Shown here piece by piece: positions 1-10,079 of a DNA stretch of 64,000 bases. The notes under the pieces are model-generated. The model made no database searches. It had not been told where the DNA came from and worked only from the letters and a program-made list of their open reading frames with translations. This DNA comes from Thermodesulfobacteriota bacterium (GTDB lineage Bacteria; Desulfobacterota; Binatia; Bin18): contig OZ219926.1 of the NCBI GenBank assembly GCA_964291405.2, forward strand, positions 3,680,001 to 3,744,000, read 5' to 3'. Every line of letters begins with the position of its first letter. Position 1 is the first letter of the stretch. Made by a program: the position numbers and the translations under genes.

Positions 1-739
1 GAGCGAGTTCTTCCGCATCAGCCAGACTCTCTGTGGTCACCAGACCGAAACTCACTTTGTGGCCGTAGCCGAGGAACTGACCGCGCGTTCGTTTCCGGAT
101 TGCCGTGAGGCTCGCATCCGAGCCGGAGGCAACAACAATGTCCGCTCGTCCATACGCCAGGTCTTCAAGCTCCATGTTTCCCCCAGGCCAGGAAACGACA
201 CTGAGACATGCGCCCAGGTTTGGGTCAATGTCCTGAATCGAACGGGCGAACAGGACGGGCAGGACGGGCTCCGCGGACGAGGTTTTGACCAGGGCGGCGG
301 ATTTCACCAGCAGGGAGAAGATGACGCTGTCGAGCCCTGCTCCGGGTACATTGCCGGCCAGGACGTGCGTAATCAGCGGCGGCCCAGAGGCTCGCTTTTG
401 TCCAGAGACAGATGGGATAAAGCGGTCGAGGACTTCAAGACGGCCCAACTCGTCAATGCAGAGCGCCTCTATCTCGTCCGCTCGATATTCCCGAAAAATA
501 AGGGGCAGCACGTGTTGGATCATGGCTGCAGAGAGGCCGGTCGTTTCCGGGAGCCGGGCTTCGGCTTCCTGCCGTTCTGGGGAGTCGGGATCAAGCCAGC
601 GTTGAACGGCCTGGCCTACGCAATTCAAGATATCTCGGGCTGTTCTGGGGACGAGGTGTTGGACGCGGTTGGCGAGCAGGGCATCCAGCCTGGCGCTCAG
701 GTCGGTCGGGGAGGGTGACGGCATGCCTATACCCGTCAC
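1..739 (-). CDS. LuxC-family acyl-CoA/acyl-protein reductase (partial, runs off the window start)
   Basis: Not in the ORF track. Manual translation of the minus strand gives ...GPPLITHVLAGNVPGAGLDSVIFSLLVKSAALVKTSS...SWPGG...DIVVASGSD...GYGHKVSFG, which are LuxC-type motifs. The GTGA start overlaps the luxE stop; an alternative ATG is at 724. Confidence 0.8.
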   Translation of the reverse strand, partial: MTGIGMPSPSPTDLSARLDALLANRVQHLVPRTARDILNCVGQAVQRWLDPDSPERQEAEARLPETTGLSAAMIQHVLPLIFREYRADEIEALCIDELGRLEVLDRFIPSVSGQKRASGPPLITHVLAGNVPGAGLDSVIFSLLVKSAALVKTSSAEPVLPVLFARSIQDIDPNLGACLSVVSWPGGNMELEDLAYGRADIVVASGSDASLTAIRKRTRGQFLGYGHKVSFGLVTTESLADAEELA

Positions 740-1848
740 TGGGCGGATAAAAACTCGTCCAGGACCAGCGCGCAGCCGCGTGCTTCCGAGCCTGGGGTGC
801 GGCCGATAATCTCAAACCCGTCGCCCGTCAGATAGCCTACGTCATCGGTCTGAATCGCCATGACCGAGCCGCAGTTGGCCAGGTCAAAGTGACGCAGGAT
901 GCCGTGCTCGCCCGGTGGCACTTCTTCCAAGGTTTCAGGATGGACGACCAGCGTGCGTGTCCAGGCCGGGCCGATTTTATACCGCCGCTCGTTGCTCTTC
1001 CGAAAACGGTTGTACAAGACGTGATCGTAAAACTGCGAGGCCATCTCGGTCATGCCGTATTCGTTCACGCAGTAATAGCCGGCGACCTTGAGGTATTTCC
1101 AGCACGACTGCAAATAGCCGTTGCGCGAGAGCGGACGGCCTTTGCCCTTATTGCCGCCCGTATCCATAATGCGGCTACTGGAAGGCAGCGCAAAGGTTTT
1201 CCGATTGGCGGCGCACCAGTCGAAAAAGGCGACCAGGGCCGAGGTAATCGCCAGAACGCAGACCGGCTCGCTCGTCTCCTGGGCATGGGTGACGGCCGCG
1301 GCAAAGGCTTCCAGATGCATGCCGTCCACATCAATAAAATACCGGCTGTCAGAGGTTCCCAGGTCACGCATCACCCATTCGGCCATCTGGGTCAGCGATG
1401 AGTGCGGTTGGGTCTCGGGATCGGGAATCAGACTCAAGACCCGCAGCGGACGCTTTTCAGGCAGTACGCACTGCGAGAAGTGAGCCAGCGCCGAAGCGTG
1501 GTATAACTGCAAATCGGGGACAAGGTGTCGGCCACGCTTTTCCTGTCCCCGCGTGGTGCCACTGGTCAAAAAAATTTTCTCTGGCGGACCGCAGGTCAGA
1601 TCAAGCTCTTTGAAGGCGACAGTGGGGACGGCTGGAATAGCTTTCCAGGTTCGGACGGTCTCTGGGGTCTTGTCTCTGGCCAGGCAGAACCGCTGATATG
1701 AAAGATTATGCTCAAATTGATGGGCGAAGACATCCAGGGCCAAGGCGTTAAAGTCTTTCCCCTCAGGCGTGGCGATGAAATCCAGGACGCGGGCGTCTAT
1801 GTGGTTTCGCGGGGCATTCACGGAAAAAAGAGCATAGGAAGCCGTCAA
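736..1848 (-). CDS. LuxE-family acyl-protein synthetase (long-chain fatty acid ligase)
   Basis: FLTSGTT, MDTGGNKG, NEYGMTEMASQ, DLANCGS...QTDDVG and C-terminal GR..GSEARGC motifs. Confidence 0.85.
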   Translation of the reverse strand: MTASYALFSVNAPRNHIDARVLDFIATPEGKDFNALALDVFAHQFEHNLSYQRFCLARDKTPETVRTWKAIPAVPTVAFKELDLTCGPPEKIFLTSGTTRGQEKRGRHLVPDLQLYHASALAHFSQCVLPEKRPLRVLSLIPDPETQPHSSLTQMAEWVMRDLGTSDSRYFIDVDGMHLEAFAAAVTHAQETSEPVCVLAITSALVAFFDWCAANRKTFALPSSSRIMDTGGNKGKGRPLSRNGYLQSCWKYLKVAGYYCVNEYGMTEMASQFYDHVLYNRFRKSNERRYKIGPAWTRTLVVHPETLEEVPPGEHGILRHFDLANCGSVMAIQTDDVGYLTGDGFEIIGRTPGSEARGCALVLDEFLSAQ

Positions 1849-1928
1849 ACCCCTGTCAACGAGAGGCTGACGTGGGGTTGGAGCTGTTTCTGAAATCCGC
1901 TAGGCTGTCCGCACCAAGGAGAACGGCT

Positions 1929-2273
1929 ATGCCATCCATCGAAGCACTGTACGATGAAGCCTACGATTTCCTGTGTGACGGTGAGACCGATCAAGCCATT
2001 ACCGCCTATAAGGCGATTCTGGAGATCGACCCGAACTATGTCGAAGCCGTGCATGACTTGGCCCACGCCTATGCCGATAACGAACAGCTCGATGAAGCCA
2101 TTGAAATGGCAAAAAAGTTGACCGAGCTGAGCCCCGACGACGAGATGAGCTATACGGTCTTATCCCGCCTGTACCAGCAGAAAGGTATGGTCCCGGAGGC
2201 CGAGGCCGTGGCGGCCAAGGCACGCATGCTCGACTGGAAACGCCAATTGCAGGAGCAGAAAGAGAACAGCTAG
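1929..2273 (+). CDS. Small TPR-repeat protein
   Basis: TPR pattern (YKAILEIDPNYVEA..LAHAY); AAGGAG RBS before the ATG at 1929. Confidence 0.75.
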   Translation: MPSIEALYDEAYDFLCDGETDQAITAYKAILEIDPNYVEAVHDLAHAYADNEQLDEAIEMAKKLTELSPDDEMSYTVLSRLYQQKGMVPEAEAVAAKARMLDWKRQLQEQKENS

Positions 2274-2306
2274 CGCGATGAGAACGAGCGAGGATTGCGA
2301 GTTACC

Positions 2307-2579
2307 ATGCCAGAGCGCAGCGATGAAGAAATGGTCTTGCGGCTGATCAAGCAGACCAAACTGCTGATCGCCACCAACGATGAAATTCCGATTGAAACCA
2401 AGCTGCAATCGCAAGGCATGCTGAAAGAATTTGAGAAGCTTTTCACCGTCCCTCAAGACGAACAAGACCCCGATGCAGTCCGCGGCCAGTATAACGATCT
2501 GTATATCGAACTGAGTGAATATGCCGACCTTGAAGCCCTCCTGCTCGCCATGCGGAATTTCAGTCCGTACATCGATTAA
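2307..2579 (+). CDS. Hypothetical protein
   Basis: Protein-like acidic helical ORF co-oriented with its neighbours. Confidence 0.6.
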   Translation: MPERSDEEMVLRLIKQTKLLIATNDEIPIETKLQSQGMLKEFEKLFTVPQDEQDPDAVRGQYNDLYIELSEYADLEALLLAMRNFSPYID

Positions 2580-2681
2580 CCCCAACTTCGGACAGTTCGT
2601 TGAGACATCGGTCAGGGCAACCCCCCGCGGTTGCCCTTTTGTGTGCTGCACAACCAAAACGTAGACAAGGAGAAATCATTT

Positions 2682-3494
2682 ATGCCGCATATCGAATCAA
2701 ACGGTATTGAGTTGTACTACGAAGAACAGGGACAGGGTGAACCCCTGCTCCTCATTATGGGCTTCACCGTCAGCTCAATCGGCTGGCACTGGAATGTGGA
2801 CGGCTTTGCCCGGACCTTCAGGACGATTGCCTTTGACAACCGAGGGGTGGGGCAAAGCGAGAAGCCGGATGCACCCTATTCGATGACGATGTTTGCCGAT
2901 GATACCGCCGGCCTGCTGGACCATCTGGGGATCGAGCAGGCCAACGTGTTCGGCATCTCAATGGGCGGTATGATTGCCCAGGAATTTGCCTTGCGTCATC
3001 CGCAGCGGGTCAAAAGCCTGATCCTGGGCTGCACCAACTGTGGCGGAGAAAAAACGCTGTTGTCGCAAGACCCTGAAGTGCTGGACATGCTGAACAATAT
3101 TGCCGACTTCGACGTGGAACAGGCGGCCCTGGCCATGACCAAGGTCGCCGTCACTCCATGGTTTATGCAAAAGCATATGAACACCCTGCTCGAACTCAAC
3201 CAGCTTTCCGGCCGGCATCCGACCCCCAAGCACGGCATGATCAACCAGATGGCCGCGATTCAGGGGCATGATACGTACGAACGCCTGCCGAATATCAGCG
3301 TGCCAACGCTGGTGGTGACCGGTAAAGAGGACGGCCTGGTTCCGCCGCAGAACTCCGTTACCCTGGCCCAGCGGATTCCCAACGCCGACCTGACCATTCT
3401 GTCCAATGCCAGCCATTTGTTTAATATCGAGTTGGCCCAGACCACGGTTGATGTGGTGACGGAATTTATTCGGCGTCAGCACGCCTGGCAGTAG
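2682..3494 (+). CDS. Alpha/beta hydrolase
   Basis: DNRGVG, GISMGG nucleophile elbow, D and H triad residues; AGGAG RBS. Confidence 0.9.
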   Translation: MPHIESNGIELYYEEQGQGEPLLLIMGFTVSSIGWHWNVDGFARTFRTIAFDNRGVGQSEKPDAPYSMTMFADDTAGLLDHLGIEQANVFGISMGGMIAQEFALRHPQRVKSLILGCTNCGGEKTLLSQDPEVLDMLNNIADFDVEQAALAMTKVAVTPWFMQKHMNTLLELNQLSGRHPTPKHGMINQMAAIQGHDTYERLPNISVPTLVVTGKEDGLVPPQNSVTLAQRIPNADLTILSNASHLFNIELAQTTVDVVTEFIRRQHAWQ

Positions 3495-3599
3495 TCGGTC
3501 TTGCTCAAAGTTGCTTCCTGATAGAGAAAAGGGGCGCCCGGTCAGACGCCCCTCCTATGACGAAGGGATAAGTGGCTTAAAAAACGCCCGGCAAGCGTA

Positions 3600-3956
3600 T
3601 CAGTTCGCCGCCGCCGGCGCACTTGCCTTGAGCGTCTTCAACTCGGCGTTAATCTCTCTGTTCTCGGCCTGGCAATAATCCAGCGCTTCGGCGGTGGCCC
3701 GCTCGCGGCCAATCAGGCCGTCCAGGCGTTGTTTGGCGTCTTTCAACTCGCGTACCTGTTCGTTGAGCGCAGCGTTGTCGGCCCGCAGGGTGTTGACGGC
3801 ACCCGGCAGGAGGCCGGTGAGAAAGCCGCTGGTCAGATCCAGGCGCTCAAGCGCCATGCCCGATATGATCAGCGCGAGCCATAACACGCCCACGGCAATA
3901 TAACTCCAGGTTGCTTTTTTTAATTCCTCTTCGGCGGATAGTTGTTCCTCTGCCAT
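3600..3956 (-). CDS. Hypothetical membrane-anchored coiled-coil protein
   Basis: N-terminal TM segment followed by heptad-rich region; GGAGG RBS. Confidence 0.65.
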   Translation of the reverse strand: MAEEQLSAEEELKKATWSYIAVGVLWLALIISGMALERLDLTSGFLTGLLPGAVNTLRADNAALNEQVRELKDAKQRLDGLIGRERATAEALDYCQAENREINAELKTLKASAPAAAN

Positions 3957-4023
3957 TCATGTCCTCCTGAAAAATTTGCGACACCCTAACAGAAAAGCCC
4001 CGGTAAAAAAAGTTGGGCTGGCG

Positions 4024-4584
4024 TCAAGCCGGGAGCGGCTTCTCGACACGTGCGAGATACTCGGTCAGCGCGTCCGCCGTGCTGGGAAACGCCAGCTCCG
4101 ACCAGGGGATATCGGTCGGGGCAAAGAGCTGGACGGCCAGCGTCTCGTCCAGGGCCTGGGGCTCGCCGGCGAGCACGGTCGCCGGATACACCAGCACAAC
4201 GACCGGATAGCCGGGGTAGGAGTAAGCATTGAGCAGACGCCCCACCTCCACTGTGAGGCCGGTTTCTTCCAAGGTCTCGCGAATGGCCGCGTCTTCGACG
4301 CGCTCGCCGCGGTCCAGGAAGCCGCCGGGAAAGACCCATTTGCCATAGCCGGGCTCGATCCCGCGCTGCAACAGGAGAATTTTGCCCTGTATGACCGGAA
4401 TGGTACAGGCCGCGACTTTGGGATCGTCATAGAAAATAAACGAACAGCTTTCGCAGACCAGCCGTTTGGGTTCGTTGGGCTTGAGCGCCTGGCGGCTTAA
4501 CGCGCCGCCACACTTCGGGCAGAATCGAAAATGTGGACCGTGGTGATCGTGATGATGATGGTGCTGAGGGTGACTCTCGGCCAT
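4024..4584 (-). CDS. NUDIX hydrolase with N-terminal zinc ribbon and His-rich tail
   Basis: CPKCG..CESC; Nudix box GGFLDRGERVEDAAIRETLEETG; AGGAGG RBS before the ATG at 4584. Confidence 0.9.
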   Translation of the reverse strand: MAESHPQHHHHHDHHGPHFRFCPKCGGALSRQALKPNEPKRLVCESCSFIFYDDPKVAACTIPVIQGKILLLQRGIEPGYGKWVFPGGFLDRGERVEDAAIRETLEETGLTVEVGRLLNAYSYPGYPVVVLVYPATVLAGEPQALDETLAVQLFAPTDIPWSELAFPSTADALTEYLARVEKPLPA

Positions 4585-4801
4585 ACAGCGACCTCCTTTT
4601 CTGACGTATGATGCCAAAAGGAATCCACCCCCGCCTTTCGACAAGCTCAGGGCCACCCTTCCGAGGAGGGGAGCAGAATCCATCCCCTCTTGGGAGGGAA
4701 AGAGGAAACGTGTCCTCCATAATCAGACAAAGCTGGGGACGTTTGCTCTTTTCTATCATGCTGCCTCCAGTGAAAAAACCGCGCGAGAGCATAGTGGCGA
4801 A

Positions 4802-5428
4802 ATGACGACCTGGCAGACCTTTCTCTTTGCTATCAGCCTCGGACTCGGAGCCGGCATCACGCCCGGCCCGCTGTCCAGTCTGGTCATTCAGGAGAGCCTA
4901 CGTAGCGGCTGGAAGAGCGGGGCGTGTGTGGCCCTGGCTCCGCCGGTTGCGGACGTGCTGGTTGTCGGTCTCGTGCTCATGGTGCTGAGTCAACTCCCGC
5001 CCGCGAGCTTTTCGGTCCTCAGCCTCATCGGTGGGTGCTATGTGTGTTTCCTTGGGGGGGAGACTCTACGGACACTGGCACCTATGGGATCGGAGGCGGG
5101 AGGCGCGAGGAGCGTTTTTCTGAGTTTCCGTAAAGGGCTGCTGGTCAACCTGCTGAATCCCCATCCGTATATCTTTTGGCTGACGGTTGGAGGGCCGCTC
5201 GTCACGGACAATGCGCGTCACGATATGTGGTTGCCTATTATGGCTTTTCTGCTCGGTTTCTACGGCTGTCTGGTCGGATCGAAAGTCTTGATTGCCGTGC
5301 TTGTCCACGGCGGACGGGCGCGTCTACAAGGGCGTGGCTATCGGATAGCCCTCCGGTTGAGCGGAGTCTCCCTGCTCCTGTTTGGTCTGCTGTTGATCTG
5401 GGACGGCGTGTCCGCGCTGGTCAGCTGA
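4802..5428 (+). CDS. LysE/RhtB family exporter
   Basis: ITPGP and VNLLNPH motifs, multiple TM helices. Confidence 0.85.
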   Translation: MTTWQTFLFAISLGLGAGITPGPLSSLVIQESLRSGWKSGACVALAPPVADVLVVGLVLMVLSQLPPASFSVLSLIGGCYVCFLGGETLRTLAPMGSEAGGARSVFLSFRKGLLVNLLNPHPYIFWLTVGGPLVTDNARHDMWLPIMAFLLGFYGCLVGSKVLIAVLVHGGRARLQGRGYRIALRLSGVSLLLFGLLLIWDGVSALVS

Positions 5429-6479
5429 GCGTGCCTTGCGCTCCCGCGCCGGATCTCGTTTCTACAATCTGCTGCGCCAATTGAACAATAGACAGCGGTG
5501 CGCAGCCCTCGGCTTTATTGTTCACGATCACGTAGCTTGGCTGGCGTCGCACGCTGCTGTCGAGACATAGCTCGGCAATGGCCCGGCGCGACGTAGGGTC
5601 TGCATCGACAATTTGATTAAACGGGGCGTATTTCTGTTTTGCCGCCTGGTAGCTCAGATGGCGCGCCTGCATCCAGCGGATGATAACCGCCCGGCTCCGT
5701 TCCGGTTGAACCAGGCCGGCCTGCTCGCGAACCGGCGGCATGCTGGGATGACCATTCAGGCAATGACACGCGCCGACCGCGGATAAGGCGTCGACATACT
5801 CGGGGGTAAAGAGTGCGGAGTTCCGAAGCTCGACCGCGTAGACCGGGCCGCGTGGCAGCCGGTCCAGAAACTGATACAACCGCTCGACAAAAGAGCCCGA
5901 ACCGGCGAGGCCGGTATGGTCTTGGGGGGAGAATTGGAAGAGCAGGGGACCGGCTCTGTCCTTAAGCCCGTCCGTGAACGGCCCAATCACTTCCTGGGTC
6001 GCGTAGTGTGGGTCGAGAAACAGGTGGTTGGGCTGCCCGCGCCGCGTGCCATACCGGGGATGATCGCCAAAGCCGGCCAGCGTGCAGTATTCATGCGCCT
6101 TGACCAGAAAGCGGAAGGTCTCCGGCACCTGTGCGGCGTAGTCGGCGAATTGGGCCGCGGTCATTGGCCGATAATACGTCCGGTCAACCCCGACGGTCCG
6201 CAAGAGCGGATGCTGGGAGTACAGCGGTAACCCTTCGCGCGACAGTGTTGCCTGTGGGGCCGGGCGGTCATAAATCAAACCCTCCCACCCAGGGAAAGAC
6301 CAGGAAGAGGTCCCGAGTCGAATCGTCTCCGGCAGGGAGGCGGCCAGCGCCCCCACGTCCGGCAGAAGGGGTGCGGGATTAACCTGCTGTGTTCGCCCGG
6401 CTGGTGCTTCGGAAGAAGAGGGCGGGATGAATAAATGCAGTTGCTCATCCTCGGTTGGTCGTTTCTCTGCTCTGGCCAT
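5421..6479 (-). CDS. DUF72 (YecE/YunF-like) protein
   Basis: RLGTSSWSFPGW, DRTYY, FLVKA, LFQF, VELR, VNNKAEG motifs. Confidence 0.85.
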   Translation of the reverse strand: MARAEKRPTEDEQLHLFIPPSSSEAPAGRTQQVNPAPLLPDVGALAASLPETIRLGTSSWSFPGWEGLIYDRPAPQATLSREGLPLYSQHPLLRTVGVDRTYYRPMTAAQFADYAAQVPETFRFLVKAHEYCTLAGFGDHPRYGTRRGQPNHLFLDPHYATQEVIGPFTDGLKDRAGPLLFQFSPQDHTGLAGSGSFVERLYQFLDRLPRGPVYAVELRNSALFTPEYVDALSAVGACHCLNGHPSMPPVREQAGLVQPERSRAVIIRWMQARHLSYQAAKQKYAPFNQIVDADPTSRRAIAELCLDSSVRRQPSYVIVNNKAEGCAPLSIVQLAQQIVETRSGAGAQGTLS

Positions 6480-6583
6480 GAGGAAATATCGTAGCAGGTG
6501 ATGCGTGAAAGGTAACGAACGTCTCCTTGTTTTATTTAGCCAGTATTGCCAGTTCTTATGTATCCTGGGATATTACCGGATAT

Positions 6584-6877
6584 ATGACGAGCCAAACGAC
6601 ACGCAAGAAAGCCGTGCAAGCCTATCGGCAACGCCTGAAAGAACGCGGCTGGGTCCGCCTTGAAGTGCAAACGTCAAAAGAGGATGCGCCCCTGATTCGC
6701 CACCTCACCCAGGCCCTGCGGGGTGATCCAGTTCGCGCGGCCCGGCTTCGCCGGCATCTGCACCGCCTTGTCGATCCGGCCCCACACGCTGACCTGAAGA
6801 CCCTCCTCGCTTCCGCTCCACTCGCCGGTATTGGCCTGTCCCGCCGCCACGATAGGGGCCGTGAGGTCGACCTCTGA
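6584..6877 (+). CDS. Putative antitoxin (orphan; cognate PIN toxin truncated)
   Basis: YRQRLKERGWVRLEVQ...LKTLLASAPL...R..DRGREVDL, typical of small proteins preceding VapC; followed by a VapC N-terminal remnant. Confidence 0.65.
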   Translation: MTSQTTRKKAVQAYRQRLKERGWVRLEVQTSKEDAPLIRHLTQALRGDPVRAARLRRHLHRLVDPAPHADLKTLLASAPLAGIGLSRRHDRGREVDL

Positions 6878-6909
6878 ACTCCCTGCTCGACACCGACATT
6901 ATCTCTGAC
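6874..6909 (+). pseudogene. N-terminal remnant of a VapC/PIN toxin
   Basis: Overlaps the antitoxin stop (CTGA) and reads (L)NSLLDTDIISD, resembling the VapC start MxxLLDTNIISE; then runs directly into the SDR gene end. Confidence 0.55.
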
Positions 6910-6919
6910 AACGCAGGAT

Positions 6920-7690
6920 TTACGTCCGGGCCGTCATGCCGCCATCAACCATATACACGCCACCGCTACAGTAGGAGCTTTCGTCACTGGCCAGAAAGAG
7001 CATGATCCGCGCGACCTCGACGGGGTCGGCGTAGCGTTGCAGCGGCACCATGGCGGATATCGTCTCCTTGGCCCGCCCCGGATCGTCGGGCTCAAAGCCC
7101 TCTTCCAGGGAGCGCATCATCCGGGTATCTACCGGAGCCGGATTGACCGTATTGACCCGAATCTTCTTGTCCGCCATTTCCAGGGCCGCGGTGCGCATCA
7201 GCCCGATCACGGCATGTTTGCTGGCAATATAGGCCGACACCCCGGCCGCGCCGCGCACGCCGGCAACCGAAGAGGTGATCACAATACTGCCGCCGCTCCG
7301 TTTGGCAATCTCCGGCGCGGCGTACTTGAGCCCTAACCACACACCGCGCACATTGACGGCCATGACCTGGTCAAACGTGTCGATCGCATAGTCGGTAATC
7401 GGTTTGACCTCACCTTCAATCCCGGCGTTGGCCAGCAGGATATCGACCCCGCCGAACTGCTCGACCGCGGCCTGAATATACTGCTGTGTCTGGTCGGGCT
7501 GGGTAACATCTGCGGCGCAATAGCGCACCGCATCGCTCCCAATGGTCTGGACCGCTTCTTTGAGCGCGTTCTCGTGCAAATCAACCAACAGGACTTTCGC
7601 GCCCTCCTGGGCAAACAGCCTGCCGGCCTGGAGACCGATTCCGCCCGCGCCTCCGGTGATGATGGCAACTTTATTGTCTAAACGTCCCAT
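6920..7690 (-). CDS. SDR family oxidoreductase
   Basis: TGGAGGIG, NAG, YIASK catalytic motif. Confidence 0.95.
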   Translation of the reverse strand: MGRLDNKVAIITGGAGGIGLQAGRLFAQEGAKVLLVDLHENALKEAVQTIGSDAVRYCAADVTQPDQTQQYIQAAVEQFGGVDILLANAGIEGEVKPITDYAIDTFDQVMAVNVRGVWLGLKYAAPEIAKRSGGSIVITSSVAGVRGAAGVSAYIASKHAVIGLMRTAALEMADKKIRVNTVNPAPVDTRMMRSLEEGFEPDDPGRAKETISAMVPLQRYADPVEVARIMLFLASDESSYCSGGVYMVDGGMTART

Positions 7691-7798
7691 GTGATTCCTC
7701 CTGGTATCTCTCTTTTAGTGGGCCTCGTCTTATGGGGTTTCGCGCGCCTTGGCAAGGGAACGGCAGGTGCGCTATCTCTCGAATCAAAAGGAGGACGT

Positions 7799-9334
7799 AT
7801 GCCATTACAACCACCAACACTGGAAGAGGTCGTCGATATTGCCGAGGGCTATGGTCTGAGCTTGACGGATGCGGATGCGGAGTCGTTTCAAGGCTTGATG
7901 GGCGGGATAATGAAATCCTACGCGCGTCTGGACGCCCTGACCGAGCCTACCCTGCCAGTCAAATATCCCCGCACCCCCGGTTTCCGGCCGCAACCGGAGG
8001 ACAACCCGTACAATGCCTGGTACTGGAAGACCGAGATTGCCGGTGCGCCGTCCGGGCCGTTGGCGGGGAAGACCCTGGCCATCAAGGACAATGTCTGTGT
8101 GGCCGGTGTGCCCATGATGAACGGCAGTAGCGTGCTGGAGGGCTACACCCCGGAAATCGATGCCACCATCATCACCCGGATTCTGGATGCCGGTGGCACG
8201 ATTCTCGGAAAAGCGGTGTGTGAGCATTTCTGTTGGTCAGGGGGAAGCCACACCAGTGATACAGGGCCAGTGCAAAATCCACACGACCCGAGTCGGATGG
8301 CCGGTGGCTCCTCAAGCGGTAGTGCAGCGCTTGTTGCGGCGAGCGAAGTCGATATGGCGATTGGCGGCGATCAGGGCGGCTCGATTCGGATGCCGAGTTG
8401 CTGGTCTGGGATTTATGGCCTGAAGCCCACCTATGGATTGGTTCCCTACACCGGAATTGCTCCCATCGAACTCACCATAGACCATGCCGGACCCATGGCA
8501 CTGACAGTGGCTGATGTGGCCCTGTTGCTGGAGGTGATCGCCGGGCCGGACGGTCTCGACCCGCGTCAGCAGGCCGCTCTGCAAGGCAAAGCGTATACGC
8601 AAGCCCTGTCCGGAAAAATCGATGGGCTGCGCCTCGGGATTGTCCCGGAGGGTTTTGGCTGGGAGGACGTGTCTGAGGCGGAGGTGGATGAGAGTGTAGA
8701 ACAATCCGCCCATGCGTTTGAGAAACTCGGCGCGCGTGTCGAAACCGTTTCCATACCATGGCACCGTCACGGCCGAGACATCCTCTTTGCCATATTTCAA
8801 GAGGGCGCAACCGTGCTGATGGTGCATGGCAACGGCCTGGGCACGAACTGGAAAGGCCACTACACGACAAGTTTGCTTGATGCCATGGCCCGCGGTCTCC
8901 TGACTAAACCAGACGATTTATCAGAGAACGTCAAGCTGACCATGTTGGCCGGCCAGTATATGCAGGAGCGCTACCACGGACGCTATTATGCCAAAGCCCA
9001 AAATTTGGCCCGTTCTTTATCTGCGGCCTACGATGCCGCTTTAGAGAAGTGCGATCTCTTAGTCATGCCTACGCTACCGTTCATGGCACCCAAGATTCCA
9101 CCCGCGGATGTGAGTCGGGAAGAGTATGTGCAGCTGGCGTTCGATCACTTGGTTAACACCTCCCCGTTTGACGCCAGCGGTCACCCGGCCATGAATGTGC
9201 CCTGCGGCATGTCGAATGGTCTGCCGATCGGAATGATGCTGATCGGACGCAGGGGCGACGATGCGACGGTGTTACGTGCGGCAGATGCGTTCCAGCGCGA
9301 GATATTCGATGCCCCGCGACCGCCCGCTGTGTAA
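7799..9334 (+). CDS. Amidase signature family enzyme
   Basis: IKDN, GGSSSGS, GGDQGGSIRMP; GAGGA RBS before the ATG at 7799. Confidence 0.95.
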   Translation: MPLQPPTLEEVVDIAEGYGLSLTDADAESFQGLMGGIMKSYARLDALTEPTLPVKYPRTPGFRPQPEDNPYNAWYWKTEIAGAPSGPLAGKTLAIKDNVCVAGVPMMNGSSVLEGYTPEIDATIITRILDAGGTILGKAVCEHFCWSGGSHTSDTGPVQNPHDPSRMAGGSSSGSAALVAASEVDMAIGGDQGGSIRMPSCWSGIYGLKPTYGLVPYTGIAPIELTIDHAGPMALTVADVALLLEVIAGPDGLDPRQQAALQGKAYTQALSGKIDGLRLGIVPEGFGWEDVSEAEVDESVEQSAHAFEKLGARVETVSIPWHRHGRDILFAIFQEGATVLMVHGNGLGTNWKGHYTTSLLDAMARGLLTKPDDLSENVKLTMLAGQYMQERYHGRYYAKAQNLARSLSAAYDAALEKCDLLVMPTLPFMAPKIPPADVSREEYVQLAFDHLVNTSPFDASGHPAMNVPCGMSNGLPIGMMLIGRRGDDATVLRAADAFQREIFDAPRPPAV

Positions 9335-9445
9335 GGAGGGGTAGGGTAGAAACGAATGGGCGGGCGGCGAGTGTTTCCGTCGCCGCCCTGGAGCAAGATT
9401 TCCTTTCCTTTAAACCCGCGATCGCTCGGGATTCAGGTTATCACC

Positions 9446-10069
9446 CTACCAACGGGAGGGTTTCCGAATGTTTGTGCCGGGAATTAGGTTTGGCAACTGC
9501 GAGCGCTGTAGAGCATTCGGCCGTATATGTCTTGAGAAGTCCGCATGCACCATGAGCTGGCGCGACGGCCTTCCGGTTCCCGGGGTCACTAAGCCGACGC
9601 GCTTGCCGCAGTGCAATTTCACCAGACGCATCGCTTCGGCGATGTCGCTATCGTTCGTCACCACCACCGCGCAGTCATAGGCATCCAGCCAGCCATCATT
9701 GAGCAGATGCACAGCGAGATTGACATCCGAGCCCTTCTCCTCGGTTCGGATCACCTCCGCCGTGCGCCGGTTTCCCTCTGGCTGCGCGAGCGGCACACGG
9801 ACGGGATGGCTCAGGAAGTGTCCGAAATACACCTCAAACTGGGGCCGGTAGCGCCGCAGCGCGCGGAGATATACGTCCTGTCGCTGGGGCTTCGACGGGT
9901 TTCGGGCCGTACCCGAAACCCGTGCCGTGAAGTACTTGACCGCGAGTATCTGGTGGTGCGGCTGGAGTACCTTCTCGAACAGCGTGACCAGATCCAGCCA
10001 CTTCCATGGCGAGCCCTTGAGGGCTCCGTAGTAGAGATTGAATCCGTCTACATAGACGAATGTACGCAT
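9446..10069 (-). CDS. NYN/LabA-DUF88 (PIN-like) nuclease
   Basis: VYVDGFNLYYG, EEKGSDVNLA, VVTNDSD acidic active-site motifs. Confidence 0.9.
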   Translation of the reverse strand: MRTFVYVDGFNLYYGALKGSPWKWLDLVTLFEKVLQPHHQILAVKYFTARVSGTARNPSKPQRQDVYLRALRRYRPQFEVYFGHFLSHPVRVPLAQPEGNRRTAEVIRTEEKGSDVNLAVHLLNDGWLDAYDCAVVVTNDSDIAEAMRLVKLHCGKRVGLVTPGTGRPSRQLMVHADFSRHIRPNALQRSQLPNLIPGTNIRKPSRW

Positions 10070-10079
10070 TGATGCCCGT

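Noticed and set aside
59-718. 219-aa plus-strand ORF
   Set aside because: Shadow of the minus-strand LuxC-like gene, which the ORF track missed because it runs off the window.
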